Below, one piece after another: positions 19,801 through 31,399 of a stretch of DNA of 50,380 nucleotides. The notes beneath the pieces are model-generated. The model had not been told where the DNA came from, did not search any database, and worked only from the letters and a program-made list of their open reading frames with translations. Position 1 is the stretch's first letter; the number at the start of each line of letters is the position of its first letter. The stretch is taken from assembly GCA_019358915.1 (NCBI GenBank), contig JAHHIM010000033.1, forward strand, positions 1 through 50,380. The letters are read 5' to 3'. This stretch comes from Trichormus sp. ATA11-4-KO1 (lineage in GTDB: Bacteria; Cyanobacteriota; Cyanobacteriia; Cyanobacteriales; Nostocaceae). Position numbers and translations under genes: made by a program.

Positions 19801-20585
19801 CAGCTTGGTTAGAGACCAATCCCACAGGAATCGATGACCCTGATTACTTGATTGTGGGTGACCTCAACGCCTATGCTCAAGAAGATCCAGTTAGAGCTTT
19901 GGAAATTGCAGGGTATCAAAACCAGACATCCAACACTGGTTACTCTTTTGTCTTTAGTGGACAGTGGGGTTCCTTGGATTACGTCCTCGCCAACGGTAAT
20001 TTAGCAGCCCAAGTTACAGGTGCAGCCGAGTGGCACATCAACGCCGATGAACCCAATGTCCTGGACTACAACACCAACTTCAAATCACCAGGACAAGTAG
20101 AAAGTTTGTACAGTCCTGATGCTTTCCGTTCCTCCGACCACGACCCCCTAATTATCGGGCTGAATTTATACAGCGTCGAAAATGTCATTGGCGGATATCC
20201 TAGTCGCGCCGATATTACAGGTACTTCCGGCAACGATGCGATTGTAGGTGGTTCTGGCAGAAAAGCCCTTGCCGGTGGTGGCGGTAACAATCAGTTTATC
20301 TACAACAGCATTAGAGATGTTGGTCATACCATTGTTGACTTTACACCAGGCAACGACAAAGTTATCTTAACCGAGTTACTCGATAGCTTAGTTCCTGGTG
20401 GGTATATCGGCAGTGATGCGATCGCCGATGGTTACATTCGCTTAGTCCAAGGTAGTACACCCAACAATGCTGTGCTAGAACTTGACCGCGACGGCCCCAG
20501 TGGTGATGCAATTTTCCGACCATTTATTAATTTCGACAACATCACCGCAGATTCATTGAATAGCATTCACAACTTTGTGTTCTAG
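16806..20585 (+). CDS. ExeM/NucH-family extracellular endonuclease with duplicated N-terminal domain, Calx-beta/Ig-like domain and RTX-like T1SS tail
   Basis: IHEIQG, GFYVQE..D.D....TSEGIFV (OB fold), VASFNVLNYF, DVVGLIELEN, VNHFKSKG, GDLNAY, LDY, SSDHDP; glycine-rich tail followed by TIVDFTPGNDK. Confidence 0.9.
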   Translation: MATTLPPGVISLNNLYLQDFNSLISSGTGQPWEDTVTIPGWYATRTTISAGTGSNNTGSLYSFGATGDSDRALGSVASNATGTIFYGARFFNDTDATISALSVNYIGEQWRNGGNTTPHKLDFAYQIGATDLTSGTWIDVNSLDFTGPIATSSSGALDGNAGTNQVSLADTITDFSLAPGEEIWLRWEDVNNAGTDHGLAIDDLQVSVPAITTLPPGVISLSNPYFQDFNSLISSGTGQPWEDTVTIPGWYATRTTINAGTGSSNTGSLYSFGATGDSDRALGSVASNTTGTIFYGARFFNDTNAVITTLGVNYIGEQWRNGGNTTQHQLDFAYQIGATDLTSGTWVDFDSLDFTGPIATSSSGALDGNANTNRVSIFDTLTGLSLAPGEEIWLRWEDVNNAGTDHGLAIDDLQISTTALPGITLIESAGSTNVTEAGDTDTYTLVLNTQPTADVSINVSPDDQSTTTPTTVVFTPDNWDVPQTVTVIAVDDDLVEGTHSSTISHTVTSQDVDYNGQNIPSIIATITDNDLVTTITRIHEIQGSGAIANFLDSFRTIEGIVVGDFQAANGVQNLRGFYVQEEDADADANALTSEGIFVFDDNFGVDVNVGDKVQITGEVSEFGSTGSSLTQLRNLTDVTIVSENNPLPTATVLTFPLVDINDLETVEGMRITVPQTLTVTEHFQLGRFGQIVLSSEGDTNQSETDDRLEQFTQFNAPSISGNTAYQQEVALRRIFLDDGQGIQNPDPIIHGRNGQPLSAENTLRGGDTVIGLSGILDARFGDYRIQPVESIDFLPTNPRPETAPDVGGTLKVASFNVLNYFNGDGLGGGFPTPRGAESSFEFNRQRDKIIQAILGMDADVVGLIELENDGYGPNSAIQDLVNGLNDVAGPGTYAIIDPGLPQLGTDAIAVGFIYRPGNVTPVGIAATVPDGFGQGAFDDDNRKPLAQTFQENSSGEQFTAVVNHFKSKGSSSGNEGDEDIGDGQGLSNGTRTRASQDLAAWLETNPTGIDDPDYLIVGDLNAYAQEDPVRALEIAGYQNQTSNTGYSFVFSGQWGSLDYVLANGNLAAQVTGAAEWHINADEPNVLDYNTNFKSPGQVESLYSPDAFRSSDHDPLIIGLNLYSVENVIGGYPSRADITGTSGNDAIVGGSGRKALAGGGGNNQFIYNSIRDVGHTIVDFTPGNDKVILTELLDSLVPGGYIGSDAIADGYIRLVQGSTPNNAVLELDRDGPSGDAIFRPFINFDNITADSLNSIHNFVF
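16812..18055 (+). repeat. Intragenic tandem duplication with 627-bp period (209 aa)
   Basis: ttcaacagtctaattagttccgg at 16863 and 17490; both copies end in EEIWLRWEDVNNAGTDHGLAIDDLQ. Confidence 0.9.
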
Positions 20586-20605
20586 TGACTTGGCTTGGTA
20601 AATTA

Positions 20606-20656
20606 GTCTTTTTTTACGTCCGCGTAGCGCATACCGCCAAGGCGTAAAAAAAAGAC
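20606..20656. terminator. Bidirectional-looking hairpin after the nuclease gene with an SDR-like loop
   Basis: gtc-T7-acg ... cgt-A8-gac enclosing tccgcgtagcgcataccgccaagg. Confidence 0.55.
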
Positions 20657-20730
20657 AATCAATTAAGTAGTTTTATTGCACTCATGGGGAGTGATTTATT
20701 TCCCACTCCCCATTCCCCATTCCCCATCTT

Positions 20731-21372
20731 ATGTTGACAAAAATCAAACATTCAGTCCTCACCGCCAGCATTGTCAGCTTTTTAAGTTTGAGTAGTTTGG
20801 CTTTAGCTAACCCAAGCTATGCAGCAGTCCTCAACCTTGACTTCAATACTTGGGAAAGAATCGGCGATGTGACTACGACATCAGCTCAGGCAACACTTAA
20901 TTCAGGTACTAATGATACAGTTGTGACTGGCGGCGGTGCCGGTAGTTTAGAAGAATTTCTGAGCATACCTGCTGGTAGTTTAGATCCTGACCCTGATAAT
21001 TTCGCTTTTTCCACCTTTGGTTCTGCAATCAGGCAAACATTTACAAATGTGCAGGTTGGTGATGTTTTTAGTTTTAACTGGAATTTTGCCATCCAAGACC
21101 CTATTGATAGCGCTTTCGTGACAATTGACGATTCTGTTATCCCTCTAGTCAATGCACCTTTTAGTCACACCTTTTTAACTGCGGGGACTTTCAATCTTGG
21201 TATTGGCATCGTTGATGTAGAAGATGATTTCGGTAAATCGCAATTGATTGTCAGTGCAATCACTACCCGACCTGTTAATGAACCTGTAACTCTTTTGGGT
21301 TCATTCCTAATACTAGGTTATGGCGTGGGAATGTTGTATAAATCCCGTAAGAAAACGCAGATATCAAATTGA
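20731..21372 (+). CDS. Secreted PEP-CTERM-like protein (variant VNEP motif)
   Basis: Signal peptide ending ..PSYAA; C-terminal PVNEP + hydrophobic helix + basic tail KSRKK. Confidence 0.7.
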   Translation: MLTKIKHSVLTASIVSFLSLSSLALANPSYAAVLNLDFNTWERIGDVTTTSAQATLNSGTNDTVVTGGGAGSLEEFLSIPAGSLDPDPDNFAFSTFGSAIRQTFTNVQVGDVFSFNWNFAIQDPIDSAFVTIDDSVIPLVNAPFSHTFLTAGTFNLGIGIVDVEDDFGKSQLIVSAITTRPVNEPVTLLGSFLILGYGVGMLYKSRKKTQISN

Positions 21373-21415
21373 TATTAGACCTATGGCGTTGCTGATTTAA
21401 CAACGCCTAAAAAGG

Positions 21416-21445
21416 TTAAGGCTAATTTTTACCACACCTTAACCT
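21416..21445 (+). promoter_or_regulatory. Candidate SphR/PhoB Pho box upstream of the giant phosphoesterase
   Basis: ttaaggct-N3-TTTTACCA-N3-CTTAACCT(21438-21445), 11-bp periodicity; ~590 bp before the ATG. Confidence 0.5.
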
Positions 21446-21736
21446 TCTCCTTGTTGTCAAGTTTGCGTCGAAACAGTAGCCTTGCAGGAGAAATAGTAGC
21501 AAAGGAAAAACCAGAGTTTTCAATATTCAGGTGGGGTTTGTCAAGGCTTAATCACATTCTCACTAAGTCCTGGCTTAATGAAGAGTGCTAGTGGAGTATC
21601 AACCTTCTCGCAGTCAGAAGATTCCACCCACAAGGGGGCATTTATTAAATGCGAAAGTGTTGATTATTATTCTTCTAACTCAGCACTCAGTAAGGGCTTT
21701 AAGCGCAGCCATAACCGCAGGGCTTTACAGCACTCA

Positions 21737-21891
21737 GCATTGCTGAACTGAAATATGTAATTTAAAAATCGAGAATCTTCCACTTTTATTCTCTGCGTCT
21801 TGGCAACACAAGGTGCTACAAATCAGGAAAACAGTCCGACACAAAAGCGCACTTTTGTGTGAATTAAATTCATATATTAATTCAGCAACGT
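21737..21891. repeat. MITE-like element with (G)CGTTGCTGAA-type terminal inverted repeats
   Basis: gcattgctgaa...ttcagcaacg; related ends at 21385-21407, 38847-38959 and ~48474. Confidence 0.5.
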
Positions 21892-22033
21892 TAAAAAAGA
21901 ATGTGCTAGAAGCAAACCTAGAAACACCAATATAATCGACTTTCTGATTTACTCATTACGTTAACGTGGCTTGCCTTGGGCTGCTATTACGAATTAGTAA
22001 TTACCAGCAACGATTTACTTCAGGACTAACATA

Positions 22034-25000
22034 ATGGTAACTACCAGTACGGTTCGCTTTTCTCAGTTTAATACTTCGCTGAACCGCAACGCTGATGGTC
22101 AATTAGTCAGCGATTTATCTACACCTAATAATCCTCAAGCCCAAGCTGTTGCAGAAATAATTCAGCGCAATAACCCAGATGTGCTGTTAATCAACGAATT
22201 TGATTACTTTGAAGGAAATCCTACACAAGCTGTTGAACTATTTCTGCAAAATTACCTTGCAGTTAGCCAAAACGGTGCAGACCCAGTTGATTATCCCTAC
22301 TTTTACATTGCACCCTCGAATACAGGTATTGCTTCTGGGTTTGATTTAGACAATAACGGCACAGCAGTTACCACCCCAGGCACACCCGGATATGGTAATG
22401 ACGCTTTTGGCTTTGGCAATTTCCCTGGTCAATTTGGGATGTTGCTGTTATCCAAATATCCCATTGACACAGCTAATATCCGCACCTTCCAAAACTTTCT
22501 GTGGCAGGATATGCCGGATTCCTTACTACCTACTATTGCCCTTCCTGGTGCTGATACTCCTTGGTATTCAGCCGAAGAACAAGAAATATTCCGTCTTTCT
22601 TCCAAAAGTCATTGGGATGTACCCATTCAAGTGAATGGAGAGATTATTCATGTCCTCGCCAGTCATCCTACACCGCCTGTATTTGATGGGCCAGAAGACC
22701 GCAACGGTAAGCGCAACCATGATGAGATCCGCCTCTGGGCAGATTATGTCACCCCAGGACAAGGTGATTACATTTATGATGATCAAGGTCAACTGGGTGG
22801 TTTAAATCCTGGTTCCCGGTTTGTGATTATGGGTGACCAAAACGCCGATCCTTTTGATGGGGACAGTTTTGATAATGCCATCCTCCAACTATTACAAAAT
22901 CCCGGCATCAATACCAATGCCATCCCCAGTAGTCTTGGTGGTATCCAGCAGTCGGCTTTACAAGGTAATGCTAACCTCAACCACACAGGTAACCCGGCTT
23001 TTGACACAGCAGACTTTGCCGATGGCAACCCCGGTAATTTGCGGGCAGATTATGTGCTACCTTCCTCTGATTTGCAAGTTGTGAACTCAGAAATTTTCTG
23101 GCCTCTGAATACAGACCCAAATTTTTCCTTGGTAGGGACTTTTCCCTTCCCCAGTTCCGACCATCGTTTAGTGTGGGTGGATGTGCAAGCTGGCCCCACA
23201 GCAGCAGGTAATACTCTCCGGGAAGTCAGGTTTGAGGGACAAACAACCTTGACCACAGGCTTTATTCCTCCTGGTGAAGCCGGAACAGTCAACGGTGTAG
23301 CCACACCCCTAGGCGGTTTATCTGGTGTTGCTTACGATGGAGCGAACAATCTTTATTACTCTATTTCAGACGATCGCTCGCAATTTGGCCCAGCCCGTTT
23401 CTATACTTTCACTCTCGATCCGGCTACATCTGGGGTGAATTTTACTAATGTCACTCCCCTCAAAGATGCTGACGGTAACTTCTTTGCTGCCTTAACTATT
23501 GACCCTGAAGGTATTGCCTTAACTCAAAATGGAACTATTTTTGTTTCCTCAGAAGGTGAAGCTAATATAAATGCCGGTCGTGTTAGTGACCCCTTTATTA
23601 AAGAGTTTTCCTTAACGGGAGAAGAATTGCGATCGCTACCTGTACCCAGTAAGTTTTTACCAGTCATCGAAGATACCAACGGTAATGGCATAATCGATGC
23701 TGGAGATACACAAATTTCCGGGGTGCGAAATAACTTAGCTTTTGAAAGTCTGACTATCACACCCGACCAAAGAACTCTGTACACCGCCACAGAAAACGCT
23801 CTGTTACAGGATGGTGATCGGGCTTCGGTTACCAGTAGTAGTCCTTCCCGGATTCTACAATACAACCTGTTTTCGGGACAGCCAGAAAAGGAATATCTTT
23901 ATATTACTGACCCGGTAGCTGTACCACCAGTACCAGAAACAGGCTTCAGCGACAATGGTTTAGTAGATTTACTAGCCATTGATAACCGTGGCACTTTACT
24001 AGCATTAGAACGTTCTTTTGCTGTGGGGGTGGGTAACACCATCAAAATCTACGAAGTCAGCCTCCAAGGTGCAACTGATATTAGCTTCTTCGATTCCCTC
24101 AACGATTTAAGTCCTGAGAAATTAGCAGCTATTCAACCTGCACAAAAGCGCTTGCTGTTAAATCTCGATGATTTAAATCTAGCAACTGGACTAGATAACG
24201 TCGAAGGTCTAGCCTTTGGCCCCACACTTGCAGATGGTCGTCAGTCCATTGTCTTGGTGAGTGATAACAACTTTAATCCCAATCAATTCACCCAAATCTT
24301 GACCTTGAGTACAGACCTCATTCCCACGGTTGCACCCAGAGTCGAAACCCGTCCTGATTTGTTTGATGATGAAGATCCAGCACAATCTGTTGTTGATCAA
24401 AACGCTGATGCTGATGATCCAGCAATTTATGTCAACGCTACCAACTCGGCTGACAGCTTGGTACTAACAGCAGTGAAAAATGCGGGATTGCGGGTTTATG
24501 ACTTGTCTGGCAATTTATTGCAGACAGTAAACCCCGGTGGCGTGCGTTACAACAACATTGACTTGCAATACGGTTTTCAATTGGGCGGAGAATCTGTAGA
24601 TATTGCCGTAGCCAGCGATCGCGAAAACGATACACTAGTATTCTTCAAAATAAACCCCGATGCTAACGCTAACGGTGAATACTTAGAAGTGATCACCGAC
24701 AGCAGCGTTGGTACTCTTTTCCAAGCAGCACCTTTTAACCCACCTTTCTTGGTAGACGAACGCAGTGCTTACGGTTTAGCAATGTACCGTAGCCCCATCA
24801 CCAACGATTACTACGTATTTGTCAATCGCCGCGAAACCGGAGATGTCGCCCAATACAGACTGATCGATACAGGTAATGGCACCATTGGGGTAGAACGAGT
24901 CCGGGAATTTACCGTACCCACCACAGCAGGATTCGACCCCCAAACCGAAGGTATGGTTGCAGACCAAGAAACAGGCTTCCTCTACATCGGTCAGGAAAAT

Positions 25001-28000
25001 GTCGGCATCTGGAAGTTTCAGGCAGAACCGAATGGCGGCACAACCGGCACACTCATCGATCAAATTACAGACCTAGGTGGCAGCAATCTTACCGCCGACG
25101 TAGAAGGACTAACCATCTACTACGGTGCCAACGGTACAGGCTATTTACTCGCATCCAGTCAAGGCGACAACACCTTTGCCGTCTACAATCGCCAAGGTAA
25201 TAACGAATTCTTAGGACGCTTTGCTGTTGGTAGCAATGGAGCAATTGACAGTGTACAAGAATCCGACGGTGCAGATGTAATTAACGTGCCGTTAGGCCCC
25301 AACTTCCCCTATGGTCTATTTGTCACCCAAGATGGTAATAACGACCCAGCCAAACTTGTAGAAGATGACGGCGAACTAGAAAACGTCAACACCAACTTTA
25401 AATTTGTGCCTTGGGAAAACATTGCTCATGCTTTCCCCAATCCACTAAATATTGACACCAGTACTTACAATCCCCGTAATCCCATGACACAACCCAAATT
25501 AACCATCTACGAATTTGACAACCTACCAGTATTAGGAACAACCTCCACTGATCAAGATATTTTCTTGGGAGGATTTTCTGGGTTGTACTTCCAAGGAATT
25601 GCACCTAATGGTAATCTCAAGTTTGTTACCCACACAGACCGCGGCCCCAATGGCGACAATAGTGTGTCTGGTGGCAAAGTCTTTCCCTTACCTGATTTTC
25701 AGCCAGAAATCATCAGCTTTGAACTTAATCAGTCCACAGGCGAGATTAGCATTACCAAGAGAACTGGCTTATTTCGCCAGGATGGGACAACGCCGTTAAC
25801 TGGACTACCCAACCTCCAAGCAGGGGCGCAAGGTACTGCCTATACCGATGAAGTTGCAGTTGATCTCAATGATCATGTGCAAGCTCTCGATCCTTTAGGC
25901 GCTGATTTAGAAGGTATCGTAGTTACTGCCAATGGCGATTTTTGGCTGGCGGATGAGTACCGTCCAGCAATTTACCACTTTGACAGCAACGGCAAGCTGC
26001 TTGATCGGTTTATCCCTGTAGGCGATGCCACAGATGCTACCCAAAATGGCGGTATCTTTTTTGGTACACCTGTTTTACCAGAGGTTTACGCTCAACGGCG
26101 GGCTAATCGCGGCTTTGAAGGTATTGCTTTGGAAGGCAGCAAACTTTATGCCTTTATTCAAAGTCCTATTGATAACCCGGATGACGAAGCAAATACAGTT
26201 TCCCGCAGCGCTCAAAACCTGCGAATTCTGGAGTTTGACACCGTTACCAAGCAAGTGACAGGGGAGTATTTGTATGTTCTCTCAGGACTACCGGGAACTG
26301 ACAAAATTGGCGATGCAGTTGCACTAGGTAATGGCAAATTTGCGGTAATTGAACGAGACAGTAGTAGCGATGTTGATTCTAACAAACTGCTATTTACAAT
26401 TGATTTGGCAGGGGCGACCAACATCAACAACCCGGCAAACTTAACTGCATTGCCAGCAGGTAAGACTATCGAACAGCTGACCACTGAAGATTTAGCTGCT
26501 GCCAATATCGTACCTGTGAGCAAGAGTTTAATTGCTAATGCTTCTGACCTGGGTTACACAGGAGTTGATAAACCAGAAGGACTGGCATTAGTTGCGCCTA
26601 ACGTCTTGGCTTTGCTTAACGATAATGACTTTAACCTCTTAGGCAGTACCAACAATCCTGACGGCTCAATTAGCGTTGATTTTTCTCCGATGCCGATTCC
26701 GGCAAAACTCGGCATCATTGAACTACCTGATAACCTACCAGTTACCCCCCAAGTCACCCTCGTCGGTTTTGCCTCCCTTCCGGCTGACACCTTCGCTGAA
26801 GGGCCACCATCAGGTACAGCCATTACAGGTAATACCAACGGACGCAATGTCCCCTTTGCCAAACAACCAATTCAAGGATTTAGCTCTGTTCAGGTAGCCG
26901 ATGATAACTCCTTCTGGTTCTTGTCTGACAATGGGTTTGGTAGCAAAGCTAATAGTCCTGATTATTTATTGCGGATTTATCGCGTTGACCCCAGTTTCCG
27001 GGGTGCAGAAGTTGGCGGTAATGGTAGCGTCAATGTGTTGGATTTTGTGCAACTATCCGACCCTGACAATAAAATTCCCTTCCAGATTGTTAACGAAAAC
27101 ACAAGCGATCGCCTACTCACCGGTTCAGACTTCGATGTTGAATCTTTGGTAGTTGCCGAAGATGGTACTTTCTGGATTGGCGAGGAATTTGGCCCTTACC
27201 TGTTACATTTTGATGCCACTGGTAAGCTGCTAGAAGCCCCCATTGATACACCCAATTTTGTCACCTTAAATACCTTAGATGGTCAAGCACCCATTGTCAT
27301 TGGTCACCGGGGAGCTAGTGGGGAACTACCGGAGCATACTTTAGGCGCTTACAAACTGGCTATTGAACGCGGTGCTGATTTTATCGAACCTGATTTGGTG
27401 GCTACCAAAGATGGTGTATTAATTGCCCGTCACGAACCTAACATTATCAATACCACCGATGTCGCTTCGCGTCCAGAATTTAGCGATCGCTTCACCACCA
27501 AAATTGTCGATGGCGTAGCTGAAGAGGGTTTCTTTGTTTCTGACTTTACCTTAGCGGAAATCAAAACCCTCCGGGCAGTTATGCCGCAAGATTTCCGTAC
27601 CCAAGTGTTTAACGGTGTCTATGAAATCCCCACCTTGGAGGAAATCATTGCCCTAGTTCAGCAAGTAGAAGCTGACACAGGTAAAAAAATTGGCATTTAC
27701 CCAGAAACCAAGCATCCCACTTTTCACGATGACCTGGGTTTATCGTTGGAAGAACCGTTACTAGATACTTTAGCCAGAACCGGATTCACAGACCCCAGTC
27801 GGATTTATATCCAATCCTTTGAAGTTGCCAACCTCAAAGAACTGAGTCAGCAAACCAACATACCTTTGATTCAGTTATTCAATGCTATTGATGTCAATCT
27901 TGATGGTTCACTAATTGAAACTCAACCCTACGATTTCGTAGTCAGTGGCGACCCCCGCACCTACGCAGACTTGCGGACACCAGCAGGTTTACAAGAAATT

Positions 28001-31000
28001 GCCACCTACGCGGCTGGTGTTGGCCCTTGGAAACGGATGATTAGATCAGTGCAAGGCGTGGATGCAAATGGCGACGGTCAAGCCGATGATGTCAATGGTG
28101 ATGGCGTTGTTAACGATGCCGATAGAACCCTCACCCCACCTACAACCCTGGTGCAAGATGCCCATGATGCAGGCTTGCTAATACATCCTTATACCTTCCG
28201 CAACGAAGGGCGTTTTCTGGCGGCAGACTACAACGGTAGCCCCCAAGCAGAATTCATCGATTTCATCAATTTAGGTGTTGATGGTTACTTTACAGACTTC
28301 CCTGGTACAGGCGACCAAGTCCGCGACCAATTAACCGGCGAGTTTGTCCTTTCTCCTGACAACCCCGCAGTTTTAGCAACCCCTGAGTTTGCCACCTTAG
28401 ATGGAACTGCACCCTTGGTCATTGGACACCGGGGAGCGAGTGGTTTACGTCCAGAACATACCTTAGAAGCATATAAACTCGCGATCGCCGATGGAGCAGA
28501 TTTCATTGAACCAGATTTAGTAGCTACCAAAGATGGCTATCTCATCGCCCGCCATGAAAATGCCTTAGCCATCCTCAATGCTGATGGTTCGGTGAACAGA
28601 ACCGACACCAGTACCGATGTCAACGAACGTCCAGAATTTGCTGACCGTTTCACCACCAAAGTTATTGATGGTCGCACCATCAGGGGTTGGTTTAGCGAAG
28701 ACTTCACCCTAGCAGAAATCAAAACCCTCAATTCCATCGAACGTCTACCAGACTTACGGGGAACCAACTTTGATAATGATGGGCTGAAAGTTCCCAGCTT
28801 GGAAGAAATTATTGATTTGGTGAAGCAAGTCGAAGCCGAAACCGGGCGCAAAATCGGCATTTATCCCGAAACCAAGCACCCGACTTTCTTTGCCAGTGAA
28901 GGTAGACTTTTAGATGGTTCACCCATCAACATTAACTTAGGTCAAGTACTGGTTGACACCTTAGTTGCCAATGACTTCACTGACCCGGAACGGATATTTA
29001 TTCAGTCCTTTGAAGTAGGCAATCTGCAAGAACTGAAACAGTTCATCATGCCAGCCGCCGACATTGACATCCCCCTAATTCAACTATTTGGTGGTGCAAA
29101 CGGCAGACCATACGACTTTATTGTTAGCGGTGATTCCCGCACATACGGCGACCTTACCAGTCCTACAGAACTAGCAGCGATCGCCACCTATGCAGCAGGT
29201 ATTGGCCCTAACAAACGCTTGATTGTACCTACTGGTGCAAATGGTCAACTCCAAGCACCCACGACACTAGTAGAAGATGCCCATGCAGTCGGCTTACTCT
29301 TACACCCCTACACCTTCCGTAACGAAGATATCTTCCTCGCCCCAGACTACAACGGCGACCCCAGACTAGAATATCAACAGTTCATCGAGTTAGGTGTTGA
29401 TGGTTTCTTCAGCGATTTCCCTGGTACTAATAGTTCAGTTCTGCAACAAATCATCGGTGACCCAGTTTTCTCGAACTTGGCGCGTTCTCGCGGATTTGAA
29501 GGCATGGCCATCAGCTTGGATAAGAAAACCATCTATCCCATGCTGGAAGGTACTGTTTTGGGTGATCCGCCAAATTCCTTACGTATCTACGAATTTGACG
29601 CAGAATCCCAGCAGTTTCAGGGTATAGCTGGCTACTACCGAATGGAACAACCCAATCATGCGATCGGGGCATTAACGGTGGTCAATGAAACGGAATTTCT
29701 CGTGATTGAACGGGACAATGGTCAAGGAGCAAATGCCCAGTTCAAGAAGATATTCAAGATTGATTTATCGCAAACAGATGCCAATGGCTTTGTTGCCAAA
29801 GAAGAAATCGTTGACCTGCTAAATATCAGTGACCCCAACGACTTAAATGGAGACGGTGACACCAAGTTTACCTTTCCCTTCGTCACCATCGAAGCTGTGG
29901 TGGTAATAGATGAAAACACCCTCCTACTAGCTAACGATAACAATTATCCCTTCTCAGTAGGCAGACCACCTCTAATAGACAACAATGAAATCATTCTCTT
30001 GGGTTTAGACAAGCCGCTTAACTTGGCTACTCCCGTAGTTAGCATTGTGGCTACGGTTCCCGATGCCGCAGAAGCAGGCAATCAACCAGGAGTATTCCGC
30101 ATCTCCCGCGTTGGTAACACCAGTAAATCCCTCACAGTTAACTACACCGTTGAAGGCACTGCTACCAATGGTATTGATTACAACAACCTCACAGGTGTTG
30201 CTACTATCACCGCCGGTCAAACCTTTGTGGATGTCACAGTCATCCCAGTAAATGATGATTTGGTAGAGGGTGATGAAACAGTAATCCTCAACCTAGTTGA
30301 TGAAGCCGGCTACGTACTAGGTGTATCTAACACGGCCTCTGTCACCATTGCCGACAACGACGTGCCACTGGTGAATAATTCTGGCAACGATACCTTTACA
30401 ATTCGTGGTAGCGGTGACACAGTACAACTCCAAGTTACTCTCACTAGAACTAGACCGAATCAGGTGAATGAACTGGGTGTATTTACAGTTGATGATGCTG
30501 CAGGTACAATCGACGGAATCGCTCCAGGGGAAGCAGGTTACGCTGAAGCCGCATTAGAACGGGCGCAAGCAATTTTCTCGGCTGTACATAGATTACCTAC
30601 TGGCTTTAGCAGAGATAACATCACCCGCCTACTAGAATTTAACTCAGGCGATAACTTGAGATTCTACATAGTGCCCAATGGTACAACCGATGAAGTCCGA
30701 GCAGGAGTTATTTCACTTGATGATGTGCTATTTGCCGATGCTTCAACCCAAAGAATCACCGATTTAGGCAACGATGAATTTTCCCTAGCTTGGAAGGTAA
30801 GACCATTACGAAGTGCTTCCTTCCAAGATTTAGAGGTGAGAATTCAGGCTACTGAGCAACCATTACCCTTAGGTACAGGTTTGCAAGGCGGCTCACAATC
30901 TGAACTGATTGATTTACGCAATATCACACAATCAGTACAAGCCGAATTTGTAGTTAACAGAGATGCGGCTTTCAATAACTACGTCAGCTTCTACCGAGTC

Positions 31001-31375
31001 ACCGATGAAAATGGCGGCGTTGATATCAACGGTGATGGCAACGCAGATATTCTTCCCGGAGAAGCAGGTTATACCCAAGCTGCGGTAAGTGCGCGTGTTC
31101 CTGGTGTTAACCTAACCACCGACAACCGCCGGACAACAACTTTCACAGCTACTTTAGAACCAGGTTCGCTGTTTGCACCATTCATTATTACTAATGGTAG
31201 ACCAGAAAACGTGAACGACAGACCTGTTTACTTCTCATTCTTAGGCGCTAATCCCAGGGGAGCAGATAACATTACCCTGTTAGGAAATAACGTCTTTGGC
31301 TTTGAAGATATGCAAAGGATTGGTGACAAAGATTACAACGACATGATTGTCCGAGTTAATTTAACTGTTGCCTAA
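22034..31375 (+). CDS. Giant 3113-aa multidomain extracellular phosphoesterase: EEP, phytase-like, beta-propeller 3-phytase, phytase-like, split phytase-like holding two GDPD domains, Calx-beta, DUF4114-type tail
   Basis: EEP ([39 protein letters not shown]); [81 protein letters not shown] twice; FGFED...[11 protein letters not shown]. Confidence 0.9.
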   Translation: MVTTSTVRFSQFNTSLNRNADGQLVSDLSTPNNPQAQAVAEIIQRNNPDVLLINEFDYFEGNPTQAVELFLQNYLAVSQNGADPVDYPYFYIAPSNTGIASGFDLDNNGTAVTTPGTPGYGNDAFGFGNFPGQFGMLLLSKYPIDTANIRTFQNFLWQDMPDSLLPTIALPGADTPWYSAEEQEIFRLSSKSHWDVPIQVNGEIIHVLASHPTPPVFDGPEDRNGKRNHDEIRLWADYVTPGQGDYIYDDQGQLGGLNPGSRFVIMGDQNADPFDGDSFDNAILQLLQNPGINTNAIPSSLGGIQQSALQGNANLNHTGNPAFDTADFADGNPGNLRADYVLPSSDLQVVNSEIFWPLNTDPNFSLVGTFPFPSSDHRLVWVDVQAGPTAAGNTLREVRFEGQTTLTTGFIPPGEAGTVNGVATPLGGLSGVAYDGANNLYYSISDDRSQFGPARFYTFTLDPATSGVNFTNVTPLKDADGNFFAALTIDPEGIALTQNGTIFVSSEGEANINAGRVSDPFIKEFSLTGEELRSLPVPSKFLPVIEDTNGNGIIDAGDTQISGVRNNLAFESLTITPDQRTLYTATENALLQDGDRASVTSSSPSRILQYNLFSGQPEKEYLYITDPVAVPPVPETGFSDNGLVDLLAIDNRGTLLALERSFAVGVGNTIKIYEVSLQGATDISFFDSLNDLSPEKLAAIQPAQKRLLLNLDDLNLATGLDNVEGLAFGPTLADGRQSIVLVSDNNFNPNQFTQILTLSTDLIPTVAPRVETRPDLFDDEDPAQSVVDQNADADDPAIYVNATNSADSLVLTAVKNAGLRVYDLSGNLLQTVNPGGVRYNNIDLQYGFQLGGESVDIAVASDRENDTLVFFKINPDANANGEYLEVITDSSVGTLFQAAPFNPPFLVDERSAYGLAMYRSPITNDYYVFVNRRETGDVAQYRLIDTGNGTIGVERVREFTVPTTAGFDPQTEGMVADQETGFLYIGQENVGIWKFQAEPNGGTTGTLIDQITDLGGSNLTADVEGLTIYYGANGTGYLLASSQGDNTFAVYNRQGNNEFLGRFAVGSNGAIDSVQESDGADVINVPLGPNFPYGLFVTQDGNNDPAKLVEDDGELENVNTNFKFVPWENIAHAFPNPLNIDTSTYNPRNPMTQPKLTIYEFDNLPVLGTTSTDQDIFLGGFSGLYFQGIAPNGNLKFVTHTDRGPNGDNSVSGGKVFPLPDFQPEIISFELNQSTGEISITKRTGLFRQDGTTPLTGLPNLQAGAQGTAYTDEVAVDLNDHVQALDPLGADLEGIVVTANGDFWLADEYRPAIYHFDSNGKLLDRFIPVGDATDATQNGGIFFGTPVLPEVYAQRRANRGFEGIALEGSKLYAFIQSPIDNPDDEANTVSRSAQNLRILEFDTVTKQVTGEYLYVLSGLPGTDKIGDAVALGNGKFAVIERDSSSDVDSNKLLFTIDLAGATNINNPANLTALPAGKTIEQLTTEDLAAANIVPVSKSLIANASDLGYTGVDKPEGLALVAPNVLALLNDNDFNLLGSTNNPDGSISVDFSPMPIPAKLGIIELPDNLPVTPQVTLVGFASLPADTFAEGPPSGTAITGNTNGRNVPFAKQPIQGFSSVQVADDNSFWFLSDNGFGSKANSPDYLLRIYRVDPSFRGAEVGGNGSVNVLDFVQLSDPDNKIPFQIVNENTSDRLLTGSDFDVESLVVAEDGTFWIGEEFGPYLLHFDATGKLLEAPIDTPNFVTLNTLDGQAPIVIGHRGASGELPEHTLGAYKLAIERGADFIEPDLVATKDGVLIARHEPNIINTTDVASRPEFSDRFTTKIVDGVAEEGFFVSDFTLAEIKTLRAVMPQDFRTQVFNGVYEIPTLEEIIALVQQVEADTGKKIGIYPETKHPTFHDDLGLSLEEPLLDTLARTGFTDPSRIYIQSFEVANLKELSQQTNIPLIQLFNAIDVNLDGSLIETQPYDFVVSGDPRTYADLRTPAGLQEIATYAAGVGPWKRMIRSVQGVDANGDGQADDVNGDGVVNDADRTLTPPTTLVQDAHDAGLLIHPYTFRNEGRFLAADYNGSPQAEFIDFINLGVDGYFTDFPGTGDQVRDQLTGEFVLSPDNPAVLATPEFATLDGTAPLVIGHRGASGLRPEHTLEAYKLAIADGADFIEPDLVATKDGYLIARHENALAILNADGSVNRTDTSTDVNERPEFADRFTTKVIDGRTIRGWFSEDFTLAEIKTLNSIERLPDLRGTNFDNDGLKVPSLEEIIDLVKQVEAETGRKIGIYPETKHPTFFASEGRLLDGSPININLGQVLVDTLVANDFTDPERIFIQSFEVGNLQELKQFIMPAADIDIPLIQLFGGANGRPYDFIVSGDSRTYGDLTSPTELAAIATYAAGIGPNKRLIVPTGANGQLQAPTTLVEDAHAVGLLLHPYTFRNEDIFLAPDYNGDPRLEYQQFIELGVDGFFSDFPGTNSSVLQQIIGDPVFSNLARSRGFEGMAISLDKKTIYPMLEGTVLGDPPNSLRIYEFDAESQQFQGIAGYYRMEQPNHAIGALTVVNETEFLVIERDNGQGANAQFKKIFKIDLSQTDANGFVAKEEIVDLLNISDPNDLNGDGDTKFTFPFVTIEAVVVIDENTLLLANDNNYPFSVGRPPLIDNNEIILLGLDKPLNLATPVVSIVATVPDAAEAGNQPGVFRISRVGNTSKSLTVNYTVEGTATNGIDYNNLTGVATITAGQTFVDVTVIPVNDDLVEGDETVILNLVDEAGYVLGVSNTASVTIADNDVPLVNNSGNDTFTIRGSGDTVQLQVTLTRTRPNQVNELGVFTVDDAAGTIDGIAPGEAGYAEAALERAQAIFSAVHRLPTGFSRDNITRLLEFNSGDNLRFYIVPNGTTDEVRAGVISLDDVLFADASTQRITDLGNDEFSLAWKVRPLRSASFQDLEVRIQATEQPLPLGTGLQGGSQSELIDLRNITQSVQAEFVVNRDAAFNNYVSFYRVTDENGGVDINGDGNADILPGEAGYTQAAVSARVPGVNLTTDNRRTTTFTATLEPGSLFAPFIITNGRPENVNDRPVYFSFLGANPRGADNITLLGNNVFGFEDMQRIGDKDYNDMIVRVNLTVA

Positions 31376-31399
31376 TTTACGGTTCACTGCATAAATAGT

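Noticed and set aside
22392..30251. Many 60-113 aa alternative-frame ORFs inside the giant gene (and similar ones inside nifJ, hlyB/D and the hgd genes)
   Set aside because: Shadow ORFs of long, codon-biased genes with no independent motifs.
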